NCBI GenBank assembly: GCA_964016885.1
Contig: OZ024741.1
Coordinates: forward strand, 343,542,001 to 343,606,000
From: Eledone cirrhosa
Taxonomy: Eukaryota
Length of the DNA: 64,000 nucleotides
Direction of reading: 5' to 3'
This document shows, in pieces, positions 56,606 through 64,000 of this stretch (position 1 is the first letter of the stretch; each line of letters begins with the position of its first letter). The notes under the pieces were generated by a model that ran no database searches, was not told the DNA's origin, and was given only the letters and a program-made list of their open reading frames with translations. The position numbers and the translations under genes are program-made.

Positions 56606-58043
56606 TACAGCGCCTTGGAATCATTTCGATATGCTGCCACCTGTGCCTCTGCAGCCTGATCTTCTAACCGCTGGCGCTTGTCTTTTCGACAGCTCTTCTT
56701 TACTTCCTTGTCAAGACGTCTGTACTCTTTGTCCACTTCCTTCCATTGCTGTCGAGTTTTGGTTTGATCTCTTTTGTTCTTAACATCCTTCCTCTTGTCA
56801 ATGAGATTCCATGAAGTACTGCTCATCCACTGTTCCCGGTTGGTCCCCCTTCTTCTACCAACAACTACATCAGCACTCGCCCTGACCGCCTGAGCAAACA
56901 TCTGCCACTGGTCTTCAGGGTTCTGTACGTGCTCTAGTTCTTGGAACATATTCCTGATCTCCAGGTAGAATCCCTCTGACGTGCCTTGGTCTTGCAGGCT
57001 TGCGACAGCATATGGCCTCACGGTCTTATTTGCTTTGTTCTTCTTCAAGCGGATTTTTCCAACCACAAGATGATGGTCAGATCCGACGTCTGCCCCACGT
57101 AGGTGCGAACATCCAAGAGAGAGGAACGCCACCTCGTGCCAATGCAGATATAATCAATCTTATTCCTGGTGTTGCCATCAGGGGAAGTCCATGTCATCTT
57201 GTGAATCCGCCTATGGGTGAAGAATGTATTCCCGATGGAGAGGTTGCTGATACTGCTCAGGGACAGCAACCGTTCCCCGTTGTTATTGGTGGAATCAGCT
57301 GAACCGTGGGAGCCAATGGCTGAATGCATTTCTCTCCTGTCTCCATATAGCTTGGCATTGAAGTCACCAATCACCAGCCTAATATCTGACCTGGGTGTTT
57401 CCTCTAGGACATCCTGTAGTTGGATAAATAAGGTATCCTTATCTTCATCTGAGGCAGCTTCAGTCGGGGCGTAGACTTGCACTACGGTCACCTTGGCTAA
57501 CCTTGTGCTCAACCTGGCAGTAATAATTCGTTCACTCACTGGCCTCGATCCCGCAAGAGACCGTGATACATCTCCGGTGAGGATGATACCAACTCCCTGG
57601 AGATGGTGGTCATCATCACCGGAGTAGAGAATAGTCATGTCTCCGCTGTCGAGTCGTCCCCGTCCTGTCCACCTCGTCTCGCTGATGCCCATGATGTCAA
57701 GGCGATATTCTCTCATCTCCTTCAGCACCTGCTCCATCCGCCCGTCCCTCTTTCGGGACGGGCGGATGGAGCGTGCGGACATTCCAGGTGCCTACACTTG
57801 TGTTTGATTTGGCGTTGAAGATAGGACTTATCCGCGGTCGGGTATCCTTTCGGCTTTGACCCAGCCATATCATAGGTGCATCCAGGGATGACGTGTCTTC
57901 TCTTACTCCGCCGCTGGGTATCAAAATGGTTTTTCTCGTCGTTTCTGTAGCGGTGAAACGTTTTTACGGGGGTAGGGCTGCTAACCCCACACCCCAACCT
58001 TCCTCTTTTCTCAACCGGGCTTTGGACCGGCTAAGGCGGAGTT
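56606..58043 (-). mobile_element. RTE-clade LINE 5' half (5' UTR and APE), inverted
   Basis: VGTWNVRTL, DIMGISETRWTG, VQVYAPT, IGDFNA, NKIDYI and VGSDH motifs. Ends at ...AAYRNDSKAL. Confidence 0.92.
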
Positions 58044-58044
58044 A
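57992..58044 (-). ncRNA. Twister ribozyme (P1 type), 3' cleavage-product portion
   Basis: U|AACUCCGCCUUAGCCGGUCCAAAGCCCGGUUGAGAAAAGAGGAAGGUUGG matches the twister pattern UAACUCYGCC..GCCGGUCCCAAGCCCGG..GAGGAGGG. P4 is UUAGCCGG/CCGGUUGA and P2 is CUC/GAG. Confidence 0.85.
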
Positions 58045-59692
58045 ATGATTCCAAGACGCCTGATTCTAAGGCAGATCGACATGATTCCAAGACGCTGTAC
58101 CGGATCGTCAGAGAGCTAACTGGAGGACGAAGTGGAAGCAGTTTGCCAATCAAGAGCAAAGATGGTCGGATGCTTGCAGCTAGTGAAGAGTAGGCCCAGA
58201 GGTGGAACGAACACTTTCGTGAGGTCCTCGATTAGCCATCCCCCAACACAGTCTTCGAGTTTGACTGGGAGGAAGCGAGCTACCGGCTGGATGTACGACT
58301 AGACGACATCACAAGAGCTGAGGTGGCCAAGGCCATCCGCTGCCAAAAGAATAACAAAGCGGCAGGACTGGATGAGATTCCTGCAGAGCTTTGAAGCACG
58401 GCAAGGATGTAATAGAGGACCAGCTCACCCATTTATGCAATGTGATTTGGCAAGAAGAGGAGGTGCCGGAGGACTGGATAAATGGAGTGATTGTACCACT
58501 ACTGAAGAAGGGCTGTCTCACGCTGTTATCAGTGCCAGGGAAGGTATTCTGCACAGTCATTCTGAACCGGCTGAGAGCAGAAGTAGATCGTCATTTTCGA
58601 GACGAACAGGCTGGCTTCCGCAGTTGAAGGTCTTGTTCAGAGCAGATCTTCACTCTCCGAAATATCATTGAACAATGTCGGGAGTTCCACAAGTCCCTTG
58701 TTGTCAACTACATTGACTTCAGGAAAGCTTTCGACAGTGTTCATCGGGAGTCATTGTGGAAGATTGTAAGACTCTACGGTGTCCGAGAGAAATATATTAA
58801 CATCTTCGGGTCGCTGTACCGACATTCCAGGTGTTGCGTTAGGACAAAGGACGGAAACACGGAAATGTTTGACATCTCGACGGGTGTTCGACAAGGCTGC
58901 ATCCTTTCGCTTTTCCTTTTCAAAATTGTCATCAATTTCATCATGAAGAAGACAATGAGTGACCCTCGTTTTGGAATTAGTCGGGATGGAAGGAGATTAA
59001 GCGACCTGGACTTTGCCGATGACATCGTAGTGATAGGCCATTCCCGAGAAAACCTGCAAGAGATGACAAACGTTCTAAATGACAATGCAGAGAAAGTTGG
59101 CCTGCGCATCAGTTGTGAAAAAACTAAGACCATGTCGACAGGTGACCCTCCAAATCCTCCCATCATGTTTGGTCAACGTAAGATTGAATGTGTAAACCAC
59201 TTCCAATACCTTGGCAGCAACATCTCTGACGATGGGGATGCTGAGGTGAATGTGCGCACAAGGCTGGGAAAAGCAGCGGCGGTCTTCCAGCGACTCCGTC
59301 CGGTATGGTCCAAGTGTTCCATCGGCAACGCCGTCAAATTCCGTGTTTACATGTCCATTGTAGTACCAACAGCGATATATGCCTGTGAGACATGGAAGAG
59401 TACGGAAAGTGTATGTAATAAGCTTGATATATTCCACCGTCGTTGCATTCGGACCATATTGAAAATTTCATGGGGAGACCAAGTTAGCAGCGAGGAAGTC
59501 ATGAGGAGGTCAGGATTGGAGAGGTTATGGGAAATTGTCCGGAAAAGGAGACGGCGGTTCGCCGGCCACATCCTTCGTTTGCCGGCAGATCGACCTGCTC
59601 ATATTGTCATGGATTGGGTACCAGAAGGTGGCAGGAGAGAACGGGGAAGAGAACGAAAAACATGGCGGAGCACATTCAGGGAAAGATTACAG
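58044..59692 (+). mobile_element. RTE-clade LINE 3' half (RT), decayed
   Basis: Starts at DSKTLYRIVRELTG. Motifs LLSVPGKVF, DEQAGFR, IDFRKAFDSVHRE, GVRQGCILS, DLDFADD, HFQYLGS, YACETW and FAGHILR. Confidence 0.92.
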
Positions 59693-59770
59693 GCACCTCT
59701 CGCCCAGGATTGAACCCAAGACCAGGATACCCACTGTCTCTAGTACCTACGGCTAGTCCACTGAGACAAC
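59693..59770 (-). mobile_element. tRNA-like (Ser-type) SINE head
   Basis: GTTGTCTCAGTGG...ACTAGAGA...GGGTTCAATCC with a long variable region. The cloverleaf is not intact. Confidence 0.4.
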
Positions 59771-59998
59771 TAATTCATACTTATAAAGCTACTTTCAAAA
59801 TTTTCAAAACAATATGATGTGGTGTCGTTCATGTCTTGCTTAATCATATTGCTCCTACTTAAGGTCGATTGTAAATCTTTTGAGTGTTCCATAAACTACA
59901 TCCTAGTTTTGTTTCTCATCTATCTAGAATATATTTTAACCTGTAATCAATGTTTCATTTCTGTTGCACCTCATTTCTCCCCCCCCTCTCTCTATCAA

Positions 59999-60037
<39 letters not shown>

Positions 60038-60126
60038 GTGATATTTGAATCTACTAGGATTTGAGCTTACCTTATTCATATATAAATATGTTTTTGCATG
60101 TCAGATTCAAACTTACAATGATTCGC

Positions 60127-60186
<60 letters not shown>

Positions 60187-60489
60187 TGGAAGTTTAGTAA
60201 AATCGAAGTTATGGCTGTGGCCAAGCTAACGATATACAATTAGGAATGTGCAGCAAGGCACTCGATAAGGTTGTGTCAACTTAGTGTAATAACATACGTT
60301 AGATAGCCTAACAAATTGAAATCTGCAATCGGTGACCCAGCAACATGAAACCAAAGCAACGAAAAAACCAATCAGGTATTGACAAAACAGTGCAATCAAC
60401 ATTTTGCGGGAAAATGTCTTACCTTCTCCAATAAAAAATATCTGTTTTGCGAAATCAAGTGGCTTTTAATAATGACCTTTGGTCTTTCA

Positions 60490-60763
<274 letters not shown>

Positions 60764-61024
60764 TATATATGTGTGTGTGTGTAATATATATATATATATG
60801 TGTGTAATGAAACATGAACATTTAGAAATAGAAGTTAGGATTATCCATCATCAGTTGTCTATAAGGCATCATAGATATTTATTCACGTTACAGACAATAT
60901 ATATATATATGGCAGCCCGTGTATATGTGTGCATGTACATGTGTATACAGATTTTTATATATGTATATATAACATGTTTTCAACTTGTACAAAAATACCT
61001 TGGCATTTAATTGACATTGTAATC

Positions 61025-61840
61025 TATTCTAGGGCGGGTAAAATTCCCGAGATCCATGGACAAGTTCTCTCCAGCGGTCTCTGTCCCTCATTATCGCTGC
61101 CATGTCCTGCGTCTCCAACAGACCAGTGGCTGTCCTTAGGGCATCAACATACGTTAACCTTGGTCTTCCACTTCCAGTGTGTCCATGTAGGGGCTACCAC
61201 AAGAGCACTGAGTGCAATGTCAACTCTGAATATCGGTGAGCATGTCCAGCTAACCTCAGTCTCATCTGTGTCAATTTTGAGCTGACTTTTGGGAGGCTCC
61301 CATACAGCTCTGAGTTTTTCATCCTCAGTGTATACTGATTAATGTTCAGAGCCGTCCTCAGCATTCTCGTGTAGCACCCATCCACCATCTGAGTGAGTTC
61401 CTTGGTCAGTGTCCAAGTCTCAGATCCGTAAAGCAGCACAGACTCCACTACAGCAATGAAGAGACGGATTTTTAGATCTTTACGAAGGTCTGACTTCCAC
61501 ACCAATCTCAAGCTGTGGCAAGTCGCCCAGGCTTTGCTCTTCCTCTCAACCACACCATCTTCCGTATTCCCAATCTTTACTCCCAAATACAGAAAGCCCT
61601 CAACCAATTCTAGCGGCTTCCCGCCTTCATTAGTGATCCCCTCTGGCTTCTCAACATTCTCTTCCAGATATTTTGTTTTAGTCTCATTCATTCTCATCGA
61701 CACCGTCTTAACCTCCTGCATCAAATCCTTCACTGTATTTGTCACCAAAACTATGTCGTCGGCAAATTCAGCATCCGATATCTTTTTCGCCTTAACTATC
61801 CTGCTCTGAGCCGGTGCAACAGTAAAGCCACAGTCCTACC
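61025..61840 (-). mobile_element. RTE-type LINE 3' fragment
   Basis: EFADDIV, FLYLG, VESVLLYGSETWTL, RLRLAGH and GRPRLTYVDAL...MRDRDRWR motifs. Confidence 0.85.
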
Positions 61841-61960
61841 TTTTTTATCATCCTAGTGACATTGTATATATATATATATATATTAGACTATCAAGCGAAC
61901 CTTCAACCGTCAAGGTTGTTTTTCTAAGGGTATGTCAACATTTATAAAACAAATTTTGTA

Positions 61961-62021
61961 TTTTATCTGATGAAAGCGCACCAAAACTGCCTTGGTTGCC
62001 CTTGAAATATATATAATAAAA
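61961..62021 (+). ncRNA. Type I hammerhead ribozyme (relative of 33704)
   Basis: UUUUAU-CUGAUGA-AAGCGCACCAA...UUGGUUGCCCUU-GAAA-UAUAUA-UA-AUAAAA, in a PLE fragment (~61884-62068) homologous to ~33620-33813. Confidence 0.75.
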
Positions 62022-62310
62022 CAATTATGGTTTTATAAATATAGTTTCCATTTATTAATATATTGTATATATATATATATATATACTTGTGTGTGTGTGT
62101 GTGTCTATATATGTATGTTTGCATGCATGAATGAATACACTAAGCTTTAGATTTAGTAGAATGTACAACCACTGATTTCAGCTATTTGCAGTATCATATA
62201 TTTATATATTTTGGTTTCTCTTAATTCCCTGGGGAATTGGTTGACCAATTGCTTTACTTAATTGTTTTATTTATTTATTTTTTTTAATTTCCTTTTTCTT
62301 CAGTCCGCCA

Positions 62311-62366
<56 letters not shown>

Positions 62367-62467
62367 CGAAGGAATTGTGGTAAGGAACCAGATGGACCAT
62401 AACGCACCAAAGTACTCAATACTTAGGGTAGTAGTGTAGGTAATAGTGCCGTCGGGTTCTACTTGTT

Positions 62468-62542
<75 letters not shown>

Positions 62543-62885
62543 TTGGAAATTTAGTAAAATCGAATTTCTGGGGGTTTACAAGAAAATTCGGCCTACTTAT
62601 ATGAAATGATGAGTTAGAAAAGCACTCGATAAGTTGGGTCCTTAGAGTAATAACATACGTTTAAATAGCTTGACAAATCGAACATTGTGGCAAAATCTAA
62701 CACACAATGATATACCAAAGTAACGATAGAACTAACAGGTTGAATATATATATATATATATATATCATAACTCATGTCCTTAGAATTATTAGATAAAATA
62801 TATACCATTTCCATAGAGCCACAACGTGACCAGTTGCAACATATATATCTATGACTTTATGTATATGTAAACCTTTATATATATA

Positions 62886-62950
<65 letters not shown>

Positions 62951-63000
62951 TAATAAAATAATGAATAAACAAAGAAACGGTTCCTTATATTAAAAATATT

Positions 63001-63140
63001 CATCATTTTACGATCGTTTCTAGGATATATATGTGTTAGTGTTGGTATGCATATTCTATAGATCTATGTAAAATATTTATACAAACTACCAGAGGGAATA
63101 TACATACCTACACATATATATGCTGTCTTCAGAAATAATG
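63001..63140 (-). ncRNA. Hammerhead ribozyme with very long stem II (relative of 33985)
   Basis: CAUUAUUU-CUGAAGA-[~105 nt hairpin]-GAAA-CGAUCG-UA-AAAUGAUG, with an 8 bp stem I. Confidence 0.75.
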
Positions 63141-63578
63141 ATATTTGTTTATTGAAAAAAACAAAGATTGAATACAATAGGTCTGTTTGGGAACAGGTTT
63201 TGAATTGACCAATAGAAAGATAGTGAAGGTCAAGATAGTAATATAGTGGTAGAAGAACCTTAAATTATGGGTAGAGGAAGGTAGATTTCAGTTTTGGATG
63301 GAAAAGAATATTATGAATGAAAGATTATTTTAGGGATGAAATAGGTTGTATGCTAACCTCAGAAATAATTATATTTGTTCATTGAATAAAACCAACAAAG
63401 ATCTAATATAGTCTGTCTGTTTGGTAAGAGGTTTAGAATTAACCAATAGAAAGTTAATAATTGGCCAAATGGTAAAATAGTAGTAATTGAAGCTTATTTT
63501 AGGGGTAGATTAAGGCAGATTTCAGTTTTGAATGGAGTGTGAAGAATGAGAAGGTTATTTTAGGGGTGAAAATAGGTC
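63128..63578. repeat. ~230 bp diverged tandem duplication upstream of the hammerhead
   Basis: TCAGAAATAAT...GTCTGTTTGG...ACCAATAGAAAG...GATTTCAGTTTTG...TTATTTTAGGG occurs twice. Confidence 0.75.
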
Positions 63579-64000
63579 AGGTCAGTAAAAGGTATACGAG
63601 CAGTTGCTGTTATAAAATAGTAATAACATACGTTTAAATAGATTGACAAATCGAACATTGTGGCAAAATCTAACACAATAATATACCAAAGTAACGATAG
63701 AACTAACGATATATATATATATATATATATCTGTGTGTGTGAATGTATGTGTGTGTACGTGCGTGTCTATAAAGATTTATGTTCTGCATGTGGGAAAGCA
63801 AGTATAGTACAAATGGTAAAACAAGATTTGGTAAAACATCTCGTGGGAAAGAGTGAGAAAATATGTAAAACAACCCAAAAGGGTATATGCTTATATTGTT
63901 CGACCATGAAAATTTAGCTGGACAATGAAATTCAGTGTGTACAAAATCATAATAAATTAGGTCTATTTATATAGAGCGCTTGTACTTGCAGTTGATAATC

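Noticed and set aside
59693-59770. Functional tRNA-Ser gene
   Set aside because: Acceptor and anticodon stems do not pair, so it is treated as a SINE head.

Overview
AT-rich, microsatellite-laden eukaryotic DNA with no host gene I can support. The SINE and LINE repertoire resembles cephalopod (Octopus-like) genomes, which is an inference. It contains a decayed Tx1/L1-clade LINE (1-5742) whose (ATT)n tail holds two Dong/R4-type RLE LINEs, Penelope-like (PLE) RT and GIY-YIG remnants, Deu/Nin-type tRNA SINEs with TSDs, a small Helitron, RTE LINEs, and a four-copy tandem array (~3.3 kb period) of a hAT-like MITE plus a (CATA)n-inserted RLE fragment. The unannotated signal is catalytic RNA. More than 20 hammerhead-like motifs from about 9 families occur, several inside fold-back mini-PLEs in (TA)n tracts. 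A twister ribozyme marks the 5' end of an RTE element whose RNA appears to have been copied from the predicted self-cleavage site and integrated with a twin-priming-type 5' inversion. All RNA structures were folded by eye, not computed.
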